Below are positions 10,362 to 19,019 of a stretch of 64,000 bases of DNA, piece after piece. A program made the translations under genes and the position numbers. Numbering within the stretch: position 1 is the first letter of the stretch; each line of letters starts with the position of its first letter. Source of the DNA: Nitrospirota bacterium (lineage in GTDB: Bacteria > Nitrospirota > UBA9217); contig CAWFSF010000005.1 of NCBI GenBank assembly GCA_963818475.1, positions 512,001 to 576,000 of the forward strand. The letters are read 5' to 3'. The notes beneath the pieces are model-generated. The model was not told where the DNA came from, ran no database searches, and saw only the letters and a program-made list of their open reading frames with translations.

Positions 10362-11729
10362 TCATTCGATCCCGTATTTTTTCAACCTTCGCTTCAGCGT
10401 GGACAGGGAAATGCCGACAGCCCGCGCTGCGCGGCTGAAATTGCCTCCCTGCTGCTCGAGCGCGGCGAGGATGTGATTTTTCTCCAATTCGTCAAGGGTC
10501 GTCGACGACGTGCCCGTGGGCATGCTGCTTTTCTGCGCTTGCGGATGATGCACTGCTTTTGTTGGCAAGGTCTTCAAAAATTCCGAAGGCCGTATTTCCG
10601 AGCCATGCTGCAGGATAGCTGCCCGTTCGAGCACGTTTTTAAGCTCCCGGACATTGCCGGGCCAGTCATAGGACGTCAACTTTTCGATCTCGCCGTCTGC
10701 CAGAGCGACCTGCCTGCCCTTCGCTACAGTATTGATCAGAAATTCACAGAGTGCCGCCAGATCGTCCTTCCTGTCGCGCAGGGGAGGAAGGTGCAGCTTG
10801 ATCACGCCGAGCCGATAGTAGAGGTCCTCGCGGAATTTCTTCTGGCCGATGGCTCTTTCGAGGTCCACGCTGGTGGCGGCAATGACCCTGACCTGGGCGC
10901 GCAGCGCCGCCGTCCCGCCGAGCCGCCGGAACGTGCCGTCATCAAGAACGCCCAGCAGCTTTGCCTGGAGCGCCATGGGCATCTCGCCGATCTCGTCAAG
11001 GAAGATGGTCCCTCCTTCCGCCATCTCGAACATTCCTTTTTTGAGGCCTGCAGCGCCGGTAAAGGCGCCCTTTTCATGGCCGAAGAGCTCCGCCTCGATG
11101 AGACTCTCGGGAAGGGCTGCGCAGTTGATGCTGATGAACGGTGCATGCTGGTCCGGTCCGCAGTAATGAATGGAACGGGCTGCCACGTTCTTTCCTGATC
11201 CGGTCTCGCCGGTGATCAGTACGGGTGCGTCGGCGCCGGCTGCCAGATCGATGAGCCGCTGGATCTCTGCGATCTGGGCGCTGGTTCCGACGAGCACATT
11301 CTCTTCCCGCTCCCGTTCGGCCTGGTAATTCTGGAACTGCTCCACCTTTTCGAGGTCGAGCGTACGCAAAGCCTGTTTGATCGCCAGATCAAGCTCTTCG
11401 AGCTCAAAGGGTTTTGAAAGGTAGTCGAACGCCCCGGCCCGGACGGCCTTGACCGCGTTCTCAAAGCTCGGGAAGGCGGTGGTGAAAATGATCTTCGTCT
11501 GGCTGTTGTAGTTCAGAATGGAAGAGCAGAGGTCGGCGCCTTCGGCGTCCGGCAGCTGCTGGTCGAGCAGCACAACGTCGATCATATTTTTTGAACAGAG
11601 CGCCAGGCAGTCCTTGCCGGTATGAGCGACATGGATCGCGATTTCGTCGGACTGCAGGTAGTCCCTGAGTGACGCGCAGAAGTTCCGGTCATCGTCCACG
11701 ATCAGGATGTTTTTTCGGGATCTATGCAT
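10362..11729 (-). CDS. sigma54-dependent response regulator (NtrC/AtoC family)
   Basis: REC domain, [30 protein letters not shown], Fis-type HTH. Confidence 0.95.
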   Translation of the reverse strand: MHRSRKNILIVDDDRNFCASLRDYLQSDEIAIHVAHTGKDCLALCSKNMIDVVLLDQQLPDAEGADLCSSILNYNSQTKIIFTTAFPSFENAVKAVRAGAFDYLSKPFELEELDLAIKQALRTLDLEKVEQFQNYQAEREREENVLVGTSAQIAEIQRLIDLAAGADAPVLITGETGSGKNVAARSIHYCGPDQHAPFISINCAALPESLIEAELFGHEKGAFTGAAGLKKGMFEMAEGGTIFLDEIGEMPMALQAKLLGVLDDGTFRRLGGTAALRAQVRVIAATSVDLERAIGQKKFREDLYYRLGVIKLHLPPLRDRKDDLAALCEFLINTVAKGRQVALADGEIEKLTSYDWPGNVRELKNVLERAAILQHGSEIRPSEFLKTLPTKAVHHPQAQKSSMPTGTSSTTLDELEKNHILAALEQQGGNFSRAARAVGISLSTLKRRLKKYGIE

Positions 11730-12816
11730 CGCGGCCGCCTCTGCCTGCCGGCAGGTCCAGGGTGACCGTTGTTCCGGCGTCTTCCTGGCTGCCTATCTCG
11801 ATGGCGCCGTCCATTTTAAGCAGCATTTTCTTCACGATCACCAGCCCCAGTCCGGTCCCGTGGCTCTTGGTTGTGGAGAACGGCTGGAACAGGTGTTTCT
11901 TGTGCTCCTCCGGGATCCCCCTCCCATTGTCCATGATCCTGATGATGATCCTGTCTCCCGCCCGGAGCGTTCCGATCCCGATCACCGGGGAGACGACCCC
12001 CTCAAGCGCGTCGAAGGCATTCGTCAGGATGTTCAGCAGCACATGCTGCAGCGCCCGCGCATCGAAATAACCCCGGTCCGCGGCCGGACTGAACTGCGTT
12101 TTGATCTGGATCTTCTTGGCGCTGAAATCCCGCTCCACCATGGAAATGAAATTGTCCATGAACTGAACGATATCGACCTCTCCGCAGTCCGGGTTCTCGT
12201 ACATGCTGAAGTTCTTCAGGTCCTTAAGGAGCCCTTCAACACGGGTGACATCGGAGAGCACGCGGTCGATGAACTCAACCGTCGTTTCCCGGGAGTAGGA
12301 TGCCAGGTTTTTCTTCAACACGGTTATACTCGTTTTTATGGAGTTGATCGGGTTGCCCAGCTCGTGCCGGATGCCGGAAAAGATATAGCCGAGGTTGTTC
12401 ATGGTATTGACCGCTTCGGCGATCGCGTTGAGCCTCGTCTTTTCGGTAATGTCCGACAGGTAGATCCAGAGATAGGCGTCGGAAATAACATAGATGGAAT
12501 ACCCGATGAATTTGCGTCCGTAGGGCACGGTGCGGGATTCGTGAGAATGCGCCGAGATCATGGGCAGATCCATATCGGAAAGCAGCAGGGCTGCCAGCGC
12601 ATGGTAATCCTTCGGCTTGATGGTATCCTTGAAGATCTCTGTGGCAAGCTTGTTCTGAAAAAAGACCTCTTCCTTAACGATATCGAGGCCGACGATGCCG
12701 AGGCTGATATCATCCAGGATGTTCGCGTAAATGCATTCTCCCAGACAGGGAGTTTTGCTGATCGGGCAGTTCGTGCCGGTTCTCTTATGAGAACAGGTTT
12801 CCATGGTCATAGCCAC
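11722..12816 (-). CDS. Cytoplasmic sensor histidine kinase with Cys-rich N-terminus and PAS-like domain
   Basis: RHELGNP H-box; NAFDA; DNGRG; GTGLGL; N-terminal CSH-x6-CPISKTPCLGEC; no TM segments. Confidence 0.9.
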   Translation of the reverse strand: MAMTMETCSHKRTGTNCPISKTPCLGECIYANILDDISLGIVGLDIVKEEVFFQNKLATEIFKDTIKPKDYHALAALLLSDMDLPMISAHSHESRTVPYGRKFIGYSIYVISDAYLWIYLSDITEKTRLNAIAEAVNTMNNLGYIFSGIRHELGNPINSIKTSITVLKKNLASYSRETTVEFIDRVLSDVTRVEGLLKDLKNFSMYENPDCGEVDIVQFMDNFISMVERDFSAKKIQIKTQFSPAADRGYFDARALQHVLLNILTNAFDALEGVVSPVIGIGTLRAGDRIIIRIMDNGRGIPEEHKKHLFQPFSTTKSHGTGLGLVIVKKMLLKMDGAIEIGSQEDAGTTVTLDLPAGRGGRDA

Positions 12817-13069
12817 CCCTTATCGCCTCCCCCGTACAGACGCCGGTGTGCAGGCAGAACAAGTGCCCTTCCCTGAGCGGTCACGGGAGTTTAGCTTTTC
12901 CGTCTTGGGCTAAAGCGCCTTGTGAAGGGAGAGTACAATAAAAAATGAGAAATGTGAAGAAAAAAGGGGGCAAAACAATGAGGGCCCACGTAATGGGAGA
13001 ACGTCCGTCGGGCGTTGTTACGATCGATGAAGCCGAACGAATGGCCGATCGCCGGTTTCCTTCATGAAA

Positions 13070-13128
13070 AACTAACGCGAGGCTGAGGGGCGCGTTTTCA
13101 GCGACCCTCTCGAGCGTTCTTGTTAGCC
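13070..13128 (-). mobile_element. attC site (59 bp)
   Basis: Minus strand GGCTAAC (overlaps the CGGC gene stop) ... imperfect palindrome AGGGTCGC/GCGCCCCT ... GTTAGTT. Confidence 0.85.
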
Positions 13129-13566
13129 CTCTTCGTCTTTGTTCAAAATGATATCAACCATGGTTTTCCGTGGTTGGCGGAATAGTTTTTTAACGCGTCG
13201 GCGGAATTCTTCCGGCGTAGCATGTTCTTCGTGGGTACCGATCACAATTCTGATATTGGGAAATGATTCTTCGAGTGCTTCTTTGTATTTTTCTTTGAAC
13301 GGACAGAGTGCTTTGACACAATAAGAAAAATGGATCGTATCAACGCCGAAATCAGTTAACGCACGGATCCTTCCGATCAACTTGTCCGGGCCGGTAAGCG
13401 TCGGGCAGCCAGGGCAATTAATGATGCCGGCCAATGTGAGCTTTTCATCCTCAGGATATTCGGCGAACGTGCCTTTTCGCTTCCGGAAATCCGCGAGGCA
13501 GCTTACCGATGAGCAGCCAAGGTCTTGAGTAGCATTTGAGCAGGTCAAAATACCGATTTTTGCCAT
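13123..13566 (-). CDS. CGGC-domain protein (gene cassette)
   Basis: KIGILTC, CSSVSC, CPGCP, HFSYC, CPF, GTH motifs; cassette ends GTTAGCC/GGCTAAC are perfectly complementary. Confidence 0.85.
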   Translation of the reverse strand: MAKIGILTCSNATQDLGCSSVSCLADFRKRKGTFAEYPEDEKLTLAGIINCPGCPTLTGPDKLIGRIRALTDFGVDTIHFSYCVKALCPFKEKYKEALEESFPNIRIVIGTHEEHATPEEFRRRVKKLFRQPRKTMVDIILNKDEEG

Positions 13567-13588
13567 ATGCCATACTCCTTATTATTGT

Positions 13589-13644
13589 GGCTAACACGAG
13601 CGTGTAGGGCGCGGTTCTCAGCGACCCTTACGCGCAGGTTGGAA
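13589..13644 (-). mobile_element. attC site (56 bp)
   Basis: TTCCAAC...AAGGGTCGCTGAGAACCGCGCCCTA...GTTAGCC; related in sequence to the 13070 site. Confidence 0.85.
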
Positions 13645-13688
13645 TCATCTGATGTCACCAGACGACAGCACGGAGCACATGATAATTA

Positions 13689-14327
13689 TCACGGCTTGAA
13701 TGCAGATATCAGCGTATATACGCCGAAGACTTTTTCTTTTACCGAAATATTGACGAGATTCTCAGTGATGTAGTTCAATATGGCTTTATTTGGTTTCGCG
13801 CCTACAATTATTGACTTTGCATACATATAAATATTTGCAAAGGGATGATACCAACGTGAACTAAGGGGGATTGAATCAAGGATAATCAGTTGCCCGCCTG
13901 TTTTTAAAATCGAAAGAGCCTTTTTTAAAGCCTTAATCGAATCTGGAATTGCTGTTAGCGCTAAACAGAAAACTACAGCATCAACTTCTTTCTCCGGCTT
14001 GAAATCATACATATCCATGCATTCAAATTGAGCATTGGGCCACTTGTTTTGATCTTTCTTACGATTTGCAATTGCAATCATTTCTTTGGAAAAATCAATT
14101 CCGATAATTTTAGCTTGTTCTGGGACTTTTTTTAAGAGACAGGGTATGACTGAGGCGGGACCACAACCCAATTCGACGACTGTTGCGCCGGAGGGTATTT
14201 TGAGGCAAGCGGCAACTTCACGATATAGTCGGCTCGCTTGCCCAAGACTCATAAGATAAGCAATGAAATCATAGCTCGATGCAGCAAGATCATACTTTTT
14301 CACATTTGAAATCTGCCGAATATCCAT
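13689..14327 (-). CDS. Class I SAM-dependent methyltransferase (cassette)
   Basis: VVELGCGP, GIDFSKEM, LKTGGQLIILD; AT-rich. Confidence 0.85.
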   Translation of the reverse strand: MDIRQISNVKKYDLAASSYDFIAYLMSLGQASRLYREVAACLKIPSGATVVELGCGPASVIPCLLKKVPEQAKIIGIDFSKEMIAIANRKKDQNKWPNAQFECMDMYDFKPEKEVDAVVFCLALTAIPDSIKALKKALSILKTGGQLIILDSIPLSSRWYHPFANIYMYAKSIIVGAKPNKAILNYITENLVNISVKEKVFGVYTLISAFKP

Positions 14328-14408
14328 GTTCTCACCTCACCTTTTTTTATATGTTCAGCAGCTTGACCGTCTGGAACTGCTGGCTGGCGTAGAGCGGGAT
14401 CTTGCCGG

Positions 14409-14465
14409 AGCTAACACGGCGCTGACGCGCCGCATGGCGCGTCGCAGTCGAGCGCCAGGTTATAA
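14409..14465 (-). mobile_element. attC site (57 bp)
   Basis: TTATAAC directly after the stop codon; GACGCGCC/GGCGCGTC stem; GTTAGCT. Confidence 0.85.
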
Positions 14466-14816
14466 TCAGTTATATTTAGTTTTCAGGACGGCGTTCAGTT
14501 GAGTTCTGAGATCACTGTCAAGTAGATAGTGATGAAGCAGACTATATAGGTCAATGTCACCATCCGAGCCATAGAGGTTTGTCACCAAAGTGAAAGCTCG
14601 AATACCAGCATCTATATTAGGACGGGTAAGCTTATTATTGAATTCATTTTCTCTGATGTTGTATTCGCTGAAATCTGGAATAATAATTTGATCACCCTCT
14701 AAATCTTTCAATGCCTTGCAGATTATATCTCTGGCTTTCTTTTCTTTCTGTCGGTTTTTGTTAAGGCTCATTTTTATCATCCTTTCTGACGTTTCTTTGC
14801 CATTATCTAAGTTCAT
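14466..14816 (-). CDS. Hypothetical protein, second gene of a two-gene cassette
   Basis: 116 aa; AT-rich; overlaps the upstream ORF by 14 nt; stop abuts the attC. Confidence 0.6.
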   Translation of the reverse strand: MNLDNGKETSERMIKMSLNKNRQKEKKARDIICKALKDLEGDQIIIPDFSEYNIRENEFNNKLTRPNIDAGIRAFTLVTNLYGSDGDIDLYSLLHHYLLDSDLRTQLNAVLKTKYN

Positions 14817-15609
14817 GGGCGTCGGCGTCTGGTTTCAAATAATTGAGTACCTCAGTAGAAACGCCCGAAACATTTCGATGAATCTCTGATCCGGAAAACC
14901 TTAAAGTGGTAAAGCCTAACCCTTGCGTAACTCGATCCCTAGCTCTGTCCACAGTGAATGCATGTTTATTGCTGTGAAATTCATATCCATCGCACTCGAC
15001 CAGAATCTTTCTATTAGGGTTTCCGGGAATCCACAGCAAAATATCTGGGCGGATAGATTTTCCGTTTACGACAATATCTGGAAACTTTGGCTGCAATGTC
15101 ATATGCCAGCTATTTAGCAGAGACATATATACATAACGAAAAACCAATCGGTGAATAAATTCCCGCTCTGCAGACTCCATTGCTCCAGAAGCAACTTGTT
15201 TATTCAGGTAAGCGTCCAAACCATGGTAGGAACCATATTGCGTTTTATACCATTCGATGAATTCAAAAAAATTCTTTAGATAGCTGCGGAATTCGGCAAT
15301 CTCATAATTGGTATCCTTATATATGTCATGGACGACAATTCCATATGGAAACCATTTGATGGACCCAAGAAGTAAAGAGCCTAAAAAAATTCTCTCAATA
15401 GGCGATTCACTTAATCGAATAATAGTCTCAACTGATTCATCAGTTACTGCGCCTAGCGCGATCCTATAGAATTTGAGAAAATCTGGATCATCCCCCATTT
15501 CCGGCTCTGAAGCTTTATTCACAAAAAAGCGAGCAAGCTCTCGAAACAACTCGTCGTTTTGTATGGTCGAACGTAAATCCAATCTATGCCTTTCAAATTG
15601 CAACGACAT
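14803..15609 (-). CDS. DUF559/Vsr-like endonuclease-domain protein (cassette)
   Basis: ESPIE near the N-terminus; RPDILL..ILVECDGYEFH..DRARDR..GFTTLRFSGSEI; start moved to 15609 because the longer ORF crosses an attC. Confidence 0.75.
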   Translation of the reverse strand: MSLQFERHRLDLRSTIQNDELFRELARFFVNKASEPEMGDDPDFLKFYRIALGAVTDESVETIIRLSESPIERIFLGSLLLGSIKWFPYGIVVHDIYKDTNYEIAEFRSYLKNFFEFIEWYKTQYGSYHGLDAYLNKQVASGAMESAEREFIHRLVFRYVYMSLLNSWHMTLQPKFPDIVVNGKSIRPDILLWIPGNPNRKILVECDGYEFHSNKHAFTVDRARDRVTQGLGFTTLRFSGSEIHRNVSGVSTEVLNYLKPDADAHELR

Positions 15610-15627
15610 AAGCTGCCGATCTTTCCT

Positions 15628-15683
15628 GAATAACAAGGAGTTCATACGCCGCGAAGCGGTCGGCGTGGAACGATGCGTTATGC
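15628..15683 (-). mobile_element. attC site (56 bp)
   Basis: GCATAAC...ACGCCGACCGCTTCGCGGCGT...GTTATTC. Confidence 0.8.
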
Positions 15684-15733
15684 GTCTTAGTGATATGCAG
15701 TTACACTTCCGACCGCTGAAACCAAATTTAATT

Positions 15734-16396
15734 TTACACTTCTGCTCTGAATATTGCCATGCAACCAATAAGGTCTATATTTACATTCTTAAAACGTTTT
15801 GATAATTCCTCCATCAGTTCGTCATAACCATCTTCGAGATTTGAAAAAGTTTTGTCCTTATTCGCCATATGAATCACAAATTTTGCAGCTGAATTCTTTT
15901 TTACGTTTTTATTTAATATAGTGCACCCAAAGACAACGCCTCCAGGATTCATTACCTGCTTTGCATTATCAAAAACAACTCCTTTGTCCTTCATTGTTCC
16001 GGGAATACAATGGAGCAATCCATTTAAGGCTACTGAATCAAATCGTCGAGGGCCTGTATCAAAGGGTTCGAATACGTCTCTGCAATATACCTCGGGAGAA
16101 TATCGTTCAACGCGTTTCCCTGTGACTTCGAGACAATTTTGATTAAGATCCAACAATGCAAGTCGCGGCGTTTTTGTTGGGAACTCACAATAGTCGAGCA
16201 TATAGCCGGTTCCTACTCCCGCATCAAGATGATTTGCAGAGATATTCCGATTATAGTTTTCCAGTATAAAATGAGAAGGACATTTCCAGATAAAACGACA
16301 GTTTATCCCGAGAATCAGGAAATCGTAGAATGATAAAAAAAACTTACTATATATGGCTTGTCCGGCTTTAATTGCTTCTTTGGTAACATTTGCCAT
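15734..16396 (-). CDS. Class I SAM-dependent methyltransferase (cassette)
   Basis: HLDAGVGTG, LLDLN, LLHCIPG, PGGVVFG; SD AAGGAG immediately inside the cassette. Confidence 0.85.
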   Translation of the reverse strand: MANVTKEAIKAGQAIYSKFFLSFYDFLILGINCRFIWKCPSHFILENYNRNISANHLDAGVGTGYMLDYCEFPTKTPRLALLDLNQNCLEVTGKRVERYSPEVYCRDVFEPFDTGPRRFDSVALNGLLHCIPGTMKDKGVVFDNAKQVMNPGGVVFGCTILNKNVKKNSAAKFVIHMANKDKTFSNLEDGYDELMEELSKRFKNVNIDLIGCMAIFRAEV

Positions 16397-16407
16397 GGTT
16401 GTCTCCT

Positions 16408-16467
16408 TTATAACACCCGCGTCACGCGCCGCCTTCTGGCGCGTCGCTGTGGACGCGTTTGTTAGAG
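16408..16467 (-). mobile_element. attC site (60 bp)
   Basis: CTCTAAC overlaps the stop codon; GACGCGCC..GGCGCGTG stem; GTTATAA. Confidence 0.85.
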
Positions 16468-17475
16468 GTCATCAATAATGCTTGCCATATATATGGCATA
16501 AACAGACATGTTAAAGAGTAGTAACGCAAGGAAAAGGAAAAAGAAGAGTCGACTTCTCAATACTATTCCTAGAGCAGCTAATAAAATGTATAGACCATAG
16601 ATAAGAATAATTGCTATAGTCATGCCTCTGAAATGAACAATGTAGGCAAGTGATAGCGGGAAAAAAATTGCACCTTTAATCGCTTGACCTATGCCGCCTT
16701 TCACTAAAGGTATCATTGCAAGATTTGCTGCGACTACATAAGAGGCAATATAGAAATAAGACAGCTTTAACCTCGCAAGCGGATCACGCAAGACCTTCCA
16801 GCGAACCGGGATATCCGACCATCGCAACCATAACCAAAAGCCCAATAAGCAGACGATTCCAATCAAAGACAACAAAGCATTTCGAAATGGGCGCGATTGC
16901 TTGATGATTTTTCCCGAGCGAAGATCGAAAAAGAAGCTATTCTTATCTTTGGTGGTTACTTCGTACGTTAAATTTACATCATTCAGGTGGCCTTCTTCGA
17001 ACCATTGGAAATGTGACACTGAGTGGGGAAGGAGCAGTTCGATACTAATCAACTGACTGATTTCATATGTTTGCATAAGTTTTCCGTTTGCAAAGAAACT
17101 CAATGCTTCTTCGTCAAGCGACGATGGCCAGGGGCCAAGACGAACTAAATGAATTCCGTCAGATGAGACATGTACTCGTCCTGCCCACCAGTCAACTGTC
17201 CAGAGCGGAGTCCCGGAGCCATCTAGTTTGTAGAGACCGCTCTCGCGGTATTGTTGACGGATCTCTCGTATTTCCTTTTCGACCGAATCAATCCAGCCGA
17301 TGGCATCCTCTTTTGGCGGCAGTGGATATATCATTGCAAAAATGAATTTTCCATTTGGCGAAACTACGGTGTAGGAATGCCCCTTGCCAACTGTATCGGC
17401 AATAGATGGGGAACTGCACAAGAGCATTGCTGACACCACTAGAAGAATAAAATATTTGCAATGACTAATTCGCAT
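16462..17475 (-). CDS. Exported beta-rich domain with C-terminal membrane helices (cassette)
   Basis: Signal peptide; SPNGK/SSDG beta-propeller-like turns; about 5 TM helices; cassette begins at GTTAGTC (17497-17491). Confidence 0.65.
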   Translation of the reverse strand: MRISHCKYFILLVVSAMLLCSSPSIADTVGKGHSYTVVSPNGKFIFAMIYPLPPKEDAIGWIDSVEKEIREIRQQYRESGLYKLDGSGTPLWTVDWWAGRVHVSSDGIHLVRLGPWPSSLDEEALSFFANGKLMQTYEISQLISIELLLPHSVSHFQWFEEGHLNDVNLTYEVTTKDKNSFFFDLRSGKIIKQSRPFRNALLSLIGIVCLLGFWLWLRWSDIPVRWKVLRDPLARLKLSYFYIASYVVAANLAMIPLVKGGIGQAIKGAIFFPLSLAYIVHFRGMTIAIILIYGLYILLAALGIVLRSRLFFFLFLALLLFNMSVYAIYMASIIDDL

Positions 17476-17497
17476 TTGACCAATTCCTCAGACTAAC

Positions 17498-17772
17498 CAG
17501 GTAACATGTAAAAAGGGGGCAAACCCTCAGGTACAATGGTGGTATGAGAACCCACATTCCGCCTGAAAGGAGGCTCCCTTATGAACTACGTCGGAATAGA
17601 TTATCACAAGAAGTACAGTGTTGTCACGGCAGTTGATGAAAATGGCCATGTGATCCGCACCACTCGATTAGATAATAGATCTGAGCCATTTCAAACATTC
17701 TTCAGCAGCCTGGATGGTCCGAGCGAGGCTGTTCTTGAAGCAACCCGGACCTGGGGTGTGCTCTATGACCTG
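17498..17772 (+). mobile_element. Truncated IS110-family element (left end plus N-terminal DEDD domain from ATG 17581)
   Basis: MNYVGIDYHKKYS...VLEATRTW RuvC-like motifs; SD AAAGGAGG; TACAAT in the left end; homology ends at about 17772. Confidence 0.8.
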
Positions 17773-17819
17773 CCTGGGCAGCCAAGGGCAGCCAAGGGGA
17801 CGTTGTTTCTATACTTGCT

Positions 17820-18812
17820 TTACTTTTTATTTCTGCCGCCGCTTTCACCACTCGTTCAATCGCCCGAACAATACACGACGTGTTGACGCCGAGATGGCGG
17901 GCAATCTCCGCAGCTGATGTTCCCAATTCTTCGCGGCAACGATACGCGATATTCGCCCGCGCCGCACTGACACTCGATCGCTTACCGCCGGCCTTTAGTT
18001 CTAACAGAGTTTATCCGACGGTCCCTGCATTCTTCATCGACGATCTTCTGGATGGTTTTGCCGCTTCGTTTATGTTTGGTCTGGCGAAGCTGTCGATCTT
18101 CCGCCTCTTTGATTACTGCATGAACGAAATCCCCGCTGCCCAATATCCGCTCATCGTATTCTTCCTTCCGGCCCCGTCCGCGCATGGACATGACTTGTGA
18201 CCAGCCGCCCTGGCTTCTGATCAAACCTCCGCCGGTTAAGGTCGAATTACGGCCTTCTTCGATGCCCTCCCGGACGAATCTACGATATTCCAGTATTGCC
18301 TTTTTCCTTCTGCCGCCGAATTCGGATAAGACTGTTTCGACATCCATCCAGGGATGATCAGCTTTGCCGATTATGGCACGATGGCCGGTCCACGAATACC
18401 GATCCAAGTCTTCCATGGTTTGGATGATCTTTGCCCGGATTGGATTTAAGTGGATGTACCGTATCAGGGCGAGCAAGTAGTTTTCTTCGTCGCAGAGTAT
18501 AGATTTATACCGGTTTTCGAAGAGATGTCCGCTCCGCGCATGGCGTTTATTGTAATACTGTGCGTACCATGTGAGCTGCTTGCGCATGACAGCCGAAATG
18601 CCGTCCTTGCCGCTTTTAAAGAGCAAATGAATGTGATTGGTCATCAGAACCCATGCATACACCGTACACTTGCCATTAATTACATTTTCGGAGAGCCGTT
18701 CGAGAAAGCGCGTCTTGTCTTGATCATCGCTGAATATCGGGGCTCTATTTATGCCCCGGACGATGATATGGTGCAATGCTCCAGGAACGTCGAGGCGGGC
18801 TTTGCGAGGCAT
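17820..18812 (-). CDS. Y1/HUH transposase with C-terminal HTH (frameshift near 18000)
   Basis: MPRKAR, HHIIVRG, LMTNHIHLL (HUH), GHLFENRYKS, YIHLNP; HTH SAAEIARHLGV in the next frame. Confidence 0.85.
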
Positions 18813-18818
18813 GATGAT

Positions 18819-18847
18819 ATTCTATGCAAATAGGGAACGATTGTCAA
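18819..18847 (-). promoter_or_regulatory. sigma70 promoter giving a leaderless transposase mRNA
   Basis: TTGACA-17-TAGAAT-6 nt-ATG(18812); the -35 box lies 4 nt from the right IR. Confidence 0.75.
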
Positions 18848-19019
18848 GTGGAAAGCAAGCATAGAAACAACGTCCCCTTAGTTCCCCTGAGTGGCGATAG
18901 CGTTCCAGTACGAGAAGAGCTCGGGATCGCCGATTCCGCTATTGCCGAGTGCTCTGTCTGCCTTCCAACCGTCAACGAAGAAAATGAGGGCAACCAGAAT
19001 CTGTCCCGGTATTGGATCA

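Larger units (their letters stand above)
17794..18879 (-). mobile_element. HUH/Y1 (IS200/RAYT-related) transposase element with 28-bp inverted repeats (STIR-type)
   Basis: IRs AAGGGGACGTTGTTTCTAT(A/G)CTTGCTTT at 17794-17821 and 18852-18879, 27/28 match. Confidence 0.85.

Noticed and set aside
12820-12960. c-di-GMP riboswitch upstream of kinase 1
   Set aside because: Small hairpins only; the GEMM core motifs could not be matched
12996-13025. Possible further attC (CGTAAC-AACGCCCGACGGACGTT on the minus strand)
   Set aside because: Too short and lacks L boxes; at most a remnant
13070-16467. Palindromic repeats read as a CRISPR array or terminators
   Set aside because: They are separated by whole genes, differ in sequence, lack U-tracts, carry AAC/GTT core boxes, and no cas genes are present; they fit attC sites
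16760-16830. Hidden attC fusing two cassettes inside the 337-aa ORF
   Set aside because: A GTTAAAG is present but there is no matching AAC box or palindrome
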